Positions 8,066 to 16,823 of a DNA stretch of 30,802 bases are shown in pieces. This DNA comes from a virus (lineage: Duplodnaviria; Caudoviricetes). The stretch is taken from positions 1-30,802 of the IMG/VR virus record IMGVR_UViG_3300038336_000145; one strand, given 5' to 3'. The notes below the pieces were generated by a model. It was given only the letters and a program-made list of their open reading frames with translations, was not told the origin of the DNA and ran no database searches. Numbering within the stretch: the first letter of the stretch is position 1; every line of letters begins with the position of its first letter. Both the position numbers and the translations under genes were made by a program.

Positions 8066-9034
8066 ATGCAACAGATCAATAACTTTGACGAACTCGTTTC
8101 ATTCATGTGGAAAGTTTCAAATGGTGAAGCAAGCTTTGACGGGGTAGTATTTTCAGACAACTGCGCGAGTATACCAATACGCGTTGAAGGCGTAACTTGG
8201 GACAAGCGGATTGATGTGAGAGGGGCAAAGTATGTTCAGGCCCTCCAAGAAGAGCTTAATGCATTCTGTAAAAAATACAAAGATATTATTGGTGAAGACG
8301 CCCCACTCATCAAGGTTGCTGTCCGTAAGGGTAGCGGAATACTCGATCCAGACTTTCTTCCATTCCTGAAGGAGGCGATAAAGAAAATGCCCCCAAAGCT
8401 GACCTTTACGCTACTCATGACATTTATGGCATGCTCTACAGGATATTTAATATACTCTCGTTATGAGTCGGCACAAGAACAGTCTCGAGAAAACAAAGTC
8501 GCAATTGAAGCGATCCGATCAATGAAAGAAGTTGCGTTACAGAATGGATTTGACACCTCGAAAGCCACAAGGCCAATTCGGTCGTTTGTAAAAACTCTCG
8601 ATCCAGAGGATCAGATTTCTGTCGCGGGGTTGGAAGAAATTAGCGGTGACAAAGCAAAACAACTAGTCGAAACTAAAAGATCCCGTTCGCATGAGGTAAC
8701 GATTCCGTGTGACGGGAAATATATCCTCGACAAACTGGATGTGAAACGACCTATCCCTGTTCTTGAACTTTCCCAGGGGGGCGTCCCCCTGAATGGATAT
8801 CTTGAACACTTAGCTCCTGAGGCTAAGCAAACTCTCCTCAAAGCTTTAGAGGAACGCATTGGGAGCAGGAAGGGCGCGATTGTTCTTGAACTTCAGATCG
8901 ACGTTCATGCGACTGCAAAAAAAGTTAAATATGGCAGTATTGTTGGTATCGGTATACCTAGAGAGGGGATGCCACATCGCAGGCTCACCGACTTACCGCT
9001 TAAGCCTATCCCACAGGCCAAGCTTAATCCTTAA
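8066..9034 (+). CDS. Accessory hypothetical protein with one central TM segment, 322 aa
   Basis: Long ORF in AT-richer DNA; G-rich RBS; hydrophobic stretch LTFTLLMTFMACSTGYLIY. Confidence 0.8.
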   Translation: MQQINNFDELVSFMWKVSNGEASFDGVVFSDNCASIPIRVEGVTWDKRIDVRGAKYVQALQEELNAFCKKYKDIIGEDAPLIKVAVRKGSGILDPDFLPFLKEAIKKMPPKLTFTLLMTFMACSTGYLIYSRYESAQEQSRENKVAIEAIRSMKEVALQNGFDTSKATRPIRSFVKTLDPEDQISVAGLEEISGDKAKQLVETKRSRSHEVTIPCDGKYILDKLDVKRPIPVLELSQGGVPLNGYLEHLAPEAKQTLLKALEERIGSRKGAIVLELQIDVHATAKKVKYGSIVGIGIPREGMPHRRLTDLPLKPIPQAKLNP

Positions 9035-9073
9035 TCCTTCTCGTACTATCGAACTTTCATCAGGAATACCTCC

Positions 9074-10540
9074 ATGAGTGAAGGACAAGACGCCCCCCCT
9101 GCAAAGTCCATCGGGATCGACCTCGCCACTCTTTCCGCCAACGTGGATATTGAGACAGAAGATGCGGGCATACTCCGGATCGGTCCCTTGAATGCCGGTG
9201 TCCTCATCGACGTGGCCCCCTTGCTCGAATCTACCTCCAACATACCTGAAGCTTCTTTGGCAAAATCGATGATGCTGAAGATGGTGAAAAACAAACCGAC
9301 CGACGAGGGCGCGGAATGTTCACCGCTTACGAGTGAACAAAGGGAGCGAATCACCGAGGAGGACGTTCGCCGTTTTGCTGAGGCGGTGCTCAAACGCGAA
9401 CGGGTGAAGGAAATATTGACCGACTCGGGGGAGCCGCTTTCCCCTGAACTTGCACTTGTTCGGTACGTCCGCGAATGGAACGAGAAGATTACTGAACCCA
9501 TGAAGCGCTGGAATACTGCTCTTGGCTCCGGGTTTCTTACGGCTTCCACACGTAACGCTTTGGGAGACTTCAAACTCCATAGAGCAATCGCTGACTCAAT
9601 GCGCACGCCCGCTTGGCTTTCCGAGACTGCTGTGGCCAAGAGCCTGATGGCGGATGCCGAGCGAGTCGCAAGGGCAACCGCCTATCCCGGCGGTGCTATT
9701 GGCAAGAAGCTAATGGAGGATGCCGAGCGACTTACAAGGGCTACCAATGGTCTTGGTGCCTCCGCCGTTAAGGGCGCTATCGCTGATGTAGAGCGTCTTA
9801 CGAAGGCGGCCTATATTCCTGACCTTGGCATCGCGAAGGGCGTGATTGCGGATGTCGAGCGTGCAGCTAGGGCTGCCGCCTTTCCCGACGCTGCCGCGTT
9901 CAAGGTCCCATTAGCAGAGACGGCAACGGGAAGGCTGGCTGCCGAATGGGAAAAAATGACTGCCGCAATTAAAAACCCGCTAGCAGGGACGGCAACGGGT
10001 AGACTGGCAGCCGAACTCGAAAAGACGGCGGCCGCATGGCCAAGCCAAGAGGCCCGCCCTCTTCTCGGTGCAGCGCAGTTGCAGGAAGCGATCATCGGGC
10101 AGAGCCCTACCGCGAGACTAAGCGAAAAGCTGGACGAACTGAAAGACGCGATTGGCAACGGGACCGAACTGACGGAAAGGCTTCTGTCTGACTCCGTTGC
10201 TGCAACTCGAAAGCATATTGAACAAGCGGAAGAGCAAGGGAAAACGGATGCGCGCGCCCAACGAATAGCCGTATGGTGTGCGGTCGGAGGTATTGCTGTC
10301 ACGGTCGTCCTTGGGCTGGCTTCGTTGGTAGTGTCCTGCCAAAGCTACAGCCACGATCTCGCGGTAGAAGCAAACGCTGCAAAAGAGCGTACCACGTCTG
10401 CCTCTAAGGAAGAGGAGAGGCTACAGATCCTACGGGAGCAGATTGCTACCCAACAGGAGCAAAACAGGCTTTTGCGTGAGCTTCTGACCCAATCCGCTCA
10501 GAAGGGCAAAACCCCCAGCCCCAAAGTAGCCCCGCGGTAA
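9074..10540 (+). CDS. Accessory hypothetical protein with helical repeats, C-terminal TM and coiled coil, 488 aa
   Basis: Long ORF with AGGA RBS; 22/23-aa repeats; TM IAVWCAVGGIAVTVVLGLASLVVSC. Confidence 0.8.
   Translation: MSEGQDAPPAKSIGIDLATLSANVDIETEDAGILRIGPLNAGVLIDVAPLLESTSNIPEASLAKSMMLKMVKNKPTDEGAECSPLTSEQRERITEEDVRRFAEAVLKRERVKEILTDSGEPLSPELALVRYVREWNEKITEPMKRWNTALGSGFLTASTRNALGDFKLHRAIADSMRTPAWLSETAVAKSLMADAERVARATAYPGGAIGKKLMEDAERLTRATNGLGASAVKGAIADVERLTKAAYIPDLGIAKGVIADVERAARAAAFPDAAAFKVPLAETATGRLAAEWEKMTAAIKNPLAGTATGRLAAELEKTAAAWPSQEARPLLGAAQLQEAIIGQSPTARLSEKLDELKDAIGNGTELTERLLSDSVAATRKHIEQAEEQGKTDARAQRIAVWCAVGGIAVTVVLGLASLVVSCQSYSHDLAVEANAAKERTTSASKEEERLQILREQIATQQEQNRLLRELLTQSAQKGKTPSPKVAPR
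9638..10045 (+). repeat. Intragenic degenerate tandem repeats: 4 x 66 bp (22 aa), then 2 x 69 bp (23 aa)
   Basis: K-x2-[MI/L]-x-x-D-[AV]-E-R-type units start at 9638, 9704, 9770, 9836; PLA[EG]TATGRLAAE[WL]EK units start at 9908 and 9977. Confidence 0.85.
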
Positions 10541-10672
10541 AAATGAACGAGGATGAGGTGAAGGGTGGTGTCCGCTGCTTTCGTAGTATCATAGCCCATT
10601 TGCTGCGGAATAGCTCTGGATGATGTTTGGTGACGGCCATATAAGCGTCTACGCGCAAACTTAGGAGGACAC

Positions 10673-11077
10673 ATGAATTCAGAAAGATTTTATGCATCTA
10701 CACAGTATGGCGACATGAAAGGTACATCTTGTGCCGATAATCATGCCAGCAACTCAATGCGTGTGTATCTGGAAAAGAATGAACTGATCCACCCTGATGA
10801 ACTGCTTGTCGGTATTTCTATGTTCTCCGGGGAGGTGCACACGTCGACGCAGGACAACCCTGTCTATGTCCATGCATATGTCGTTAAGGCAACGGACTTT
10901 GAAGAGATGAAGAAACTTGTCGATTCAGAAATGCCGTTGCCGGTGCGCCGGATTTCCATTGAGATGCACCTTAACGAATTTTTCGGTCTGTTTAAAAGGT
11001 TTGAAATTTGTGTTTCTAATAACGGCTTGATCGATGGGAAAGAAATAGAGGTGTTAGAGTCCACGGACGTGGAGTAA
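10673..11077 (+). CDS. Accessory hypothetical protein, 134 aa, acidic
   Basis: Strong AGGAGG RBS; tandem TAA TAA stop; AT-richer codon usage. Confidence 0.82.
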   Translation: MNSERFYASTQYGDMKGTSCADNHASNSMRVYLEKNELIHPDELLVGISMFSGEVHTSTQDNPVYVHAYVVKATDFEEMKKLVDSEMPLPVRRISIEMHLNEFFGLFKRFEICVSNNGLIDGKEIEVLESTDVE

Positions 11078-11170
11078 TAATTTGCGGGAGCCAGGGGGGG
11101 AGATATCCTCCCCCTTGACTCCCCCTCCCCGCACGTGCCATTTCCCCTGCATACTGCCCAATTCCCCTCG

Positions 11171-11218
11171 CCCCTGACACTTGTCCGCGTTAGAGCGCGG
11201 CCCCTGCCAACGTAGTCT
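11171..11218 (+). promoter_or_regulatory. Late promoter of the lysis operon (putative Mor/C-family activator site plus -10)
   Basis: CCCCTGACACTTGTCCGCGTTA (11171-11192) is 20/22 identical to 22107-22128; TAGTCT lies 20 nt downstream. Confidence 0.75.
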
Positions 11219-11314
11219 CCACCACGGATGCGGCGCTTCGCCGCCATCAACCCCTCCCGCCTCCTCCCGGCTCGCGCCAAGCCGGGGGGAGGCAACGGAG
11301 GAGAACCGTGGAGG
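11217..11314 (+). other. Structured multi-stem 5' leader of the endolysin gene
   Basis: CCACGG 11222-11227 pairs with CCGTGG 11306-11311, enclosing two hairpins and overlapping the SD GGAGG 11310-11314. Confidence 0.55.
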
Positions 11315-11319
11315 CCGAC

Positions 11320-11772
11320 ATGCAACGCACGAACCGCCAGGGTCTGGACCTGATCCTCGTCAGTGAGGAGCTGCGCCTGGAGGCCTATCGTTGCCCGGCT
11401 GGCGTTTGGACCATCGGCTGGGGCCATACCGGGCCTGACGTTTACCCCGGCATGGTCATCACCGAGGCCCTGGCGATTCTGTTTAAGCAGGCCGACCTTG
11501 AACGCTTCGAGTCCGCCGTTGAGGATGCGCTCGAAGTCCCTGTCACCGGCAATCAGTTCTCCGCGCTTGTCTCCTTCGCCTTCAACGTTGGGGATGAAGC
11601 CTTCCGTGGCTCGACCCTGCTCAACAAGCTGAATACCGGCGACATCAATGGTGCGGCGGCGGAGTTCAAGCGCTGGGTGCACTCAAAGGGCCGCCTCCAG
11701 CCTGGCCTGGTGACCCGCCGTGCAGCCGAGCGCGAGCTGTTCCTGACCCCTGGCGACGGAGATCCCGCATGA
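11320..11772 (+). CDS. Endolysin, GH24 (T4-type) lysozyme, 150 aa
   Basis: E-x8-C-x5-T catalytic triad (EELRLEAYRCPAGVWT), QFSALVSFAFNVG, GLVTRRAAERELF; GGAGG RBS before ATG 11320. Confidence 0.95.
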   Translation: MQRTNRQGLDLILVSEELRLEAYRCPAGVWTIGWGHTGPDVYPGMVITEALAILFKQADLERFESAVEDALEVPVTGNQFSALVSFAFNVGDEAFRGSTLLNKLNTGDINGAAAEFKRWVHSKGRLQPGLVTRRAAERELFLTPGDGDPA

Positions 11773-12032
11773 TCTTCCCGCGCGCCTTCAATTCCAGCCC
11801 CGTGCCGACCGAGGCCCACACCGCGCTTGTCCTGGCTGCCTTCATCGCTCTCGTGACCTTCCAGACCGTTGCCTTGTGGAAAGGTCAGGAGTTCAGCGCA
11901 GCCGCCTTTGGTGAGGCGCTGGGCATCATCCTGGGCGGCGGGGGCGTGGCCGCGCTCGGCCAAAGCTACCTCACCCGCGCGCGCGGGCAGATCACCGGCG
12001 GCAACGTCCGCCCCGACAACCCGGACAAGTAG
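11769..12032 (+). CDS. Putative holin, 87 aa, two TM segments
   Basis: Two hydrophobic helices, charged C-terminus, lies between endolysin and spanin. Confidence 0.65.
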   Translation: MIFPRAFNSSPVPTEAHTALVLAAFIALVTFQTVALWKGQEFSAAAFGEALGIILGGGGVAALGQSYLTRARGQITGGNVRPDNPDK

Positions 12033-12041
12033 GAGGCACCT

Positions 12042-12680
12042 GTGGACCTGACCACCCTCGCATCAAAATCCGGCGCGAAGCTGGCCCTGGGCCTTGGCGG
12101 CGCGCTGCTCGTGCTCATCCTCTGCCTGGCCTGCTCCTGGGGCGGCTACCGCCACGGGTTCGCCACGGCCAAGGACAAGGGCGATGCCAAGTACTCCAAG
12201 CTGGAGACGAGCATCGCCGAGGCCAACCGCCTGGCCAGCGACACCGCCCGGCGCATCGTGGACGCGGAGATCATCCGCCGCGACAAGCTGGCCGGGGAGC
12301 TGGCCGCCGCCCGCGCGACCATTTCGGAACAAGGCAAGAAAATCACCAACCGGAGGATAGCCGATGCGTCGCGCTCTGTTGCCGCTGTTGATGGCCGTTG
12401 CACTTTCGGCCCTGGCTGGGTGGGGCTGTACAACGAAGCTTGGGGCTTCGGCCACGGCGATCCAGCCGGTCCCGCCGCCACCCCCGGCCCTGATGGAGAA
12501 GCCGGAGCAATACCGACCGCTCAAGCCGGGGAGTTTCAACAAGGCGGAGTGACCCCGGAGGACATTCAGGTGGTCAACCGCGACAACGCCCGGATTTGCC
12601 GGGACACCACGACCAAGTACCTGGCGCTCATCAAGTGGGCGGAAGGAATCCCCAAGACCGTCACCATGGAGGCACGCTAA
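12042..12680 (+). CDS. Rz-like inner-membrane spanin
   Basis: N-terminal TM followed by coiled coil; contains an out-of-frame lipoprotein ORF; AGGAGG RBS with GTG start. Confidence 0.8.
   Translation: MDLTTLASKSGAKLALGLGGALLVLILCLACSWGGYRHGFATAKDKGDAKYSKLETSIAEANRLASDTARRIVDAEIIRRDKLAGELAAARATISEQGKKITNRRIADASRSVAAVDGRCTFGPGWVGLYNEAWGFGHGDPAGPAATPGPDGEAGAIPTAQAGEFQQGGVTPEDIQVVNRDNARICRDTTTKYLALIKWAEGIPKTVTMEAR
12364..12552 (+). CDS. Rz1-like outer-membrane spanin lipoprotein, embedded in Rz
   Basis: Signal peptide MRRALLPLLMAVALSALAGWG-C, Pro-rich mature part (QPVPPPPPALM), GGAGG RBS, different frame within Rz. Confidence 0.85.
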   Translation: MRRALLPLLMAVALSALAGWGCTTKLGASATAIQPVPPPPPALMEKPEQYRPLKPGSFNKAE

Positions 12681-12681
12681 A

Positions 12682-13044
12682 ATGGACTGGTGGGAAATCC
12701 TTGTCCGTCTCTCTTCCGCAATCCTGCTCATCGTCCAGGGATTGATCATGTGGGGGTTGTGGAGCTTGCGCAAACAGTTTGTGTCCCGCACGCATTGCGA
12801 TGCGCAGTGCCAAACCCAGACCAAAAAGCAAACGGAGCTCGAGCAGGCGCAGACCAAGCTGGAACAGGCGCAAAAGGCCTTGCCCAACGCGGACGAGGTG
12901 CAGGCCATGGCCGTGCAGCTGGCGGCCATTGAGGGCAGCATCAAAACCGTGGAGGCCACCGTGCGCGGCCAGTCGGAGGTCATGCAGCGCATTGAACGCC
13001 CCTTGAACCTGCTCTTGGAGCATCACCTGCGGAGCGAAAAATGA
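12682..13044 (+). CDS. DUF2730-like protein (Mu gp25-like)
   Basis: N-terminal TM, coiled coil, LP motif, C-terminal LNLLLEHHL; Mu synteny. Confidence 0.75.
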   Translation: MDWWEILVRLSSAILLIVQGLIMWGLWSLRKQFVSRTHCDAQCQTQTKKQTELEQAQTKLEQAQKALPNADEVQAMAVQLAAIEGSIKTVEATVRGQSEVMQRIERPLNLLLEHHLRSEK

Positions 13045-13337
13045 ACCTTTCCCAATTGCTGAACGAGGACCGCCGCCTACTCATTCTGCGCCTGCTGGCC
13101 GAGGACCCCGGCTACCAGCTGAACGTCTACGTGCTGCGCCCGGCGCTTCAGTCCATGGGCCATACCGTGAGCCACGACAAGGTGGAGACGGACCTGGCCT
13201 GGCTGGCCGAGCAGGGCCTGGTCACCATAGGCCAGGCCTCCGGCGTCACCGTGGGCAAGCTCACCGCGCGCGGGGCGGACGTGGCCGCCGGACGCGCCAC
13301 GGTGCCCGGCGTGAAGCGCCCCGAACCTGGGGAATAG
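13041..13337 (+). CDS. Mu gp26-like winged-helix protein
   Basis: EDRRLLILRLL..DLAWLAEQGLV..LTARGADVAAGR..VPGVKRPEP. Confidence 0.85.
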   Translation: MNLSQLLNEDRRLLILRLLAEDPGYQLNVYVLRPALQSMGHTVSHDKVETDLAWLAEQGLVTIGQASGVTVGKLTARGADVAAGRATVPGVKRPEPGE

Positions 13338-13340
13338 GCC

Positions 13341-13934
13341 ATGCCGCGCAAGTCCACCGTCCGCCGCCTGCCGCCCGAGCTGCGCGAACAGATCGGCAAG
13401 CTCATCGACGAGGGCCGCACGCTCGACGAGATCACCGCGCACCTGAACCAGCTGGGCGCGGAGGTCTCCCGCTCGGCCCTGGGCCGCTACAAGCAACACC
13501 TGGACAAGGTGGGCGAGAAGCTGCGCCGCAGCCGCGAGGTGGCCGAGGCGCTGATCCAGAAGCTGGGCAACGCGCCGGAGTCCAAGGCCCTGCGCCTCAA
13601 TGTGGAGCTGATGCATGGCGTGCTCATGGACCTGGCGCTGAACGCCAACGCCAACGACGAGGACGGAGGCGAGGGCAACGAAGCGGCCGAGGGCAAGGGC
13701 GTGACCCTGGAACCCATGGGCGCCATGCTGCTGGCCAAGGCTCTGGACCATCTTTCCCGCGCCAGCAAGAGCGACGCCGAGCTGGTGGGCAAGATCAAGG
13801 AACAGGCCCGCAAGGATGCGGAAGCCAAGCTGGACAAGGCCGTCACGGCCGCCACGGGCGAGGCCAGGCGCGACGCCCTCACGCCGGTGCAGGTGCTGGA
13901 GCGCGTCCGGGCCATCTACCGGGGCGAGGCCTAA
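13341..13934 (+). CDS. DUF3486 family / Mu gp27-like terminase small subunit
   Basis: MPRKSTVRRLPPELRE..VSRSALGRY; directly upstream of the large terminase. Confidence 0.88.
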   Translation: MPRKSTVRRLPPELREQIGKLIDEGRTLDEITAHLNQLGAEVSRSALGRYKQHLDKVGEKLRRSREVAEALIQKLGNAPESKALRLNVELMHGVLMDLALNANANDEDGGEGNEAAEGKGVTLEPMGAMLLAKALDHLSRASKSDAELVGKIKEQARKDAEAKLDKAVTAATGEARRDALTPVQVLERVRAIYRGEA

Positions 13935-13937
13935 GCC

Positions 13938-15251
13938 GTGGGCGGCATCCTCTACCCGTTCCAGCGCCGCTGGATCGACGATCCCGCGCGATTCAAGGTG
14001 GGCATGTTCGCCCGCCAGACCGGCAAGACCTTCACCAACACCCTGGAGATCGCCGAGGATATCGTCGCGCACGATGTCGCCAGCACCCGCACGCGCTGGG
14101 TCATTCTCTCGCGCGGGGAGCGCCAGGCCAAGGAGGCCATGGACGAGGGCCTCAAGCTGCACCTGCGGGCCATGGGCGCGGCCTTCGACGCCGTGGAGGA
14201 GGACTCCGGCTACCGCTACGAGGACGGCTCCAGCATAAAGGCCCTGGAGGTCATCCTGCGCCACGGCTCGCGCGTCACGGCCCTGCCCGCCAACCCGGAC
14301 ACCGCACGCGGATTTTCCGCCAACGTGCTGCTGGACGAGTTCGCCTTCCACAAGGACAGCCGCGCCATCTGGAAGGCCCTGTTCCCGGTGATCTCCAAGC
14401 CTGGCCTGAAGCTGCGCGTGGTCAGCACGCCCAACGGCAAGGGCAACAAATTTTACGACCTGGTGACGGGCAAGAACGACCGCTGGAGCCGCCACGTGGT
14501 GGACATCCACCAGGCCGTGGCCGAGGGCCTGGAGCGCGACATAGCCGAACTGCGCGAGGGCTGCGACGACGAGGACGCCTGGCTGCAGGAGTTCGAGCTG
14601 CAATGGCTGGACGAGTCCTCAGCCTGGCTGCCGTACGAGCTCATCAACAGCTGCGAGCATGACCGTGCGGGCGCACCCGACGCGTACACCGGCGGGCCAT
14701 GCTTCGTGGGCGTGGACATCGGCGCGCGGCGCGACCTGTTCGTCATCTGGGTGCTGGAGGCCGTGGGCGATGTGCTCTGGACGCGGGAGATCATCGCCCG
14801 ACGCCGCATCACCTTTGCCGAGCAGGATGCCCTGCTGGACGCCGTGTTCGAGCGCTACCGCGTGATCCGGGCCTGCATGGACCAGACCGGCATGGGCGAG
14901 AAGCCCGTGGAGGACGCCAAGGGCCGCCACGGAAGTTTACGCGTGGAGGGCGTGCTGTTCACCGGCCCGAACAAGCTGACCCTGGCCACCGTGGGCAAGG
15001 AGTCCTTCGAGGACCGGCGCATCCGCATCCCCCTGGGCGACAAGGACGTCCGCGCGGACCTGCACAAGCTCCAGCGCGTGGTCGGCCCCACTGGCAGCCC
15101 GCGCTTCGTGGCCGAGAGCGACGCGGCAGGCCATGCGGACCGCGCCTGGGCCTGCTTCCTGGCGGTCAATGCCGCAGGGCGCCCGGCCATCCCCATCGAG
15201 TTCACGGCACTGGGCCAGGAGCGCTTCGTCACCCGCATGGACGACTACTAA
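13938..15251 (+). CDS. Terminase large subunit (Mu gp28-like)
   Basis: YPFQ, ARQTGKT Walker A, VLLDEFA Walker B, STPNGKGN, nuclease motifs VGVDIG, MDQTGMG, GHADRAWA. Confidence 0.95.
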   Translation: MGGILYPFQRRWIDDPARFKVGMFARQTGKTFTNTLEIAEDIVAHDVASTRTRWVILSRGERQAKEAMDEGLKLHLRAMGAAFDAVEEDSGYRYEDGSSIKALEVILRHGSRVTALPANPDTARGFSANVLLDEFAFHKDSRAIWKALFPVISKPGLKLRVVSTPNGKGNKFYDLVTGKNDRWSRHVVDIHQAVAEGLERDIAELREGCDDEDAWLQEFELQWLDESSAWLPYELINSCEHDRAGAPDAYTGGPCFVGVDIGARRDLFVIWVLEAVGDVLWTREIIARRRITFAEQDALLDAVFERYRVIRACMDQTGMGEKPVEDAKGRHGSLRVEGVLFTGPNKLTLATVGKESFEDRRIRIPLGDKDVRADLHKLQRVVGPTGSPRFVAESDAAGHADRAWACFLAVNAAGRPAIPIEFTALGQERFVTRMDDY

Positions 15252-15272
15252 GAACGACCCCCGGAGGGACTC

Positions 15273-16820
15273 ATGGCCAAAGCCACCACCCAGAAAGACT
15301 TGAAGCAGGAGATCGCCACCGTTGACCGGGACATCCTGTTCCCGGCCTTTGACGGCATCCTGCGCAACGCCGACGACACCCTGCTGACCCGTGGCGGCGC
15401 GGACGGGCTCAAGATCTACGACCAGTTGGAGCGCGACGGCTCGGTGTTCGGCTACCTGAACAAGCGCAAGCTGGCCGTCACCGCGCGCCCCTGGGAAGTG
15501 GTTCCGGGCGGTCCTGGGGCAAGGGAAAAGCAGGCCGCCGAGGTGGCCAAGGCCATGCTCGACGCCCTGGGCTTTGACAGGCTGACCACGAGCCTCATGG
15601 ACGCCCTGCTGAAAGGCTACGCCGTGGCCGAGGTCTTGTGGGACACGGACGGAGCCACCATCTACCCGCGCGAGATCAAGCCCAAGAACCAGCGCCGCTT
15701 CCACTTCGACGTGGACGGGGGCCTGCGCCTCTTGACCCCGCAGAACATGTACCACGGCGAGCCGGTGCCGAACCGCAAGTTCATCGTGCACACCTTCGGC
15801 GACAAGGACGGCACGCCCTACGGCCTGGGCCTGGGCACCAGGCTGTTCTGGTACGTGCTGTTCAAGCGCGAGGACTTCCGCTCCTGGCTGCTGTTCCTGG
15901 ACAAGTACGCCTCGCCCACGGCCGTGGGCAAATATCCGGCGGGCGCGGGCGAGCCCGAACAGCGCAAGCTCTTAAGCGCCCTGGGGGCCATCGCCCGCGA
16001 CGCCGGGGTGGTCATCCCCGAGGGCATGGCCATTGAACTGCTGGAGGCCAAACGCTCCAGCGCGGGCAGCCACGAAGCCTTCTGCCGCTATCTGGACGAA
16101 CAGATCGGCCTGATCATCCTGGGCGATGCTCCGGGGGCCAAGGACTCGGGCGATGCGCTGGCCAGCGCGGCGATTCTGCGCAACGAGGTGCGCCTGGAGC
16201 TGGTGGCGGCGGACGCGGACCTGCTTTCGGCCACGCTGAACCAGACCCTGCTCACGTGGATCACGGAGTTGAACGTGCCGGGGGCCATCCCTCCCAAGGT
16301 CTGGCGCGACGTGAAGCCCGCCGAGGACCAGACGGCGCGCAGCGAGCGCGACAAGAACCTGGGCACGCTGGGCTACCGGCCCACGCTCAAAAGCCTCACA
16401 GAGGCCTACGGCGGCGAATGGGAGGAGATGCCCGGACGCACGGCCACCGGCGGCGGGATGGACAAGAACCTGGACAAGGGCGCGGCCACTCCGAGCATAC
16501 CGGACGGCGCTGACGCCTCGGCCTTTACCGAAGGCGTGGACTTCTCGAACCAGGCCCTCTACCCGGACCAGGCCGCCCTGGACGCGGCGGCAGACGGCTT
16601 GCCCGCCGACGAGATGGACGCGGCCATGCGCGCCATGCTGAAACCCGTGGTGGACCTGCTGGCCAAGGGCGACAGCGCCGAGGACGCCATGACCAGGCTG
16701 GCGGAGATATATCCGGACCTGGACGCCACCGGCCTGGCCACCCAGCTGGCCCGCGCCATGTTCGTGGCCGAGGTCTGGGGCAGGCTGGCCGCGCAGGCAG
16801 AAGAGAAGACAGGAGGCTAG
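15273..16820 (+). CDS. Portal protein (Mu gp29 / DUF935)
   Basis: KRKLAV, DALLKGYAVAEV, PYGLGLG, W..FLDKYASP..VGKY, VIPEGMAIELLEA; follows the terminase. Confidence 0.93.
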   Translation: MAKATTQKDLKQEIATVDRDILFPAFDGILRNADDTLLTRGGADGLKIYDQLERDGSVFGYLNKRKLAVTARPWEVVPGGPGAREKQAAEVAKAMLDALGFDRLTTSLMDALLKGYAVAEVLWDTDGATIYPREIKPKNQRRFHFDVDGGLRLLTPQNMYHGEPVPNRKFIVHTFGDKDGTPYGLGLGTRLFWYVLFKREDFRSWLLFLDKYASPTAVGKYPAGAGEPEQRKLLSALGAIARDAGVVIPEGMAIELLEAKRSSAGSHEAFCRYLDEQIGLIILGDAPGAKDSGDALASAAILRNEVRLELVAADADLLSATLNQTLLTWITELNVPGAIPPKVWRDVKPAEDQTARSERDKNLGTLGYRPTLKSLTEAYGGEWEEMPGRTATGGGMDKNLDKGAATPSIPDGADASAFTEGVDFSNQALYPDQAALDAAADGLPADEMDAAMRAMLKPVVDLLAKGDSAEDAMTRLAEIYPDLDATGLATQLARAMFVAEVWGRLAAQAEEKTGG

Positions 16821-16823
16821 GCC

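Noticed and set aside
10543-10623. 26-codon ORF (MNEDEVKGG..) between accessory genes
   Set aside because: Too short, with no clear RBS or motif.
11092-11117. G/C hairpin after the 134-aa gene as an intrinsic terminator
   Set aside because: The stem GGGGGAG/CTCCCCC exists, but there is no proper U-tract, so it cannot be called with confidence.
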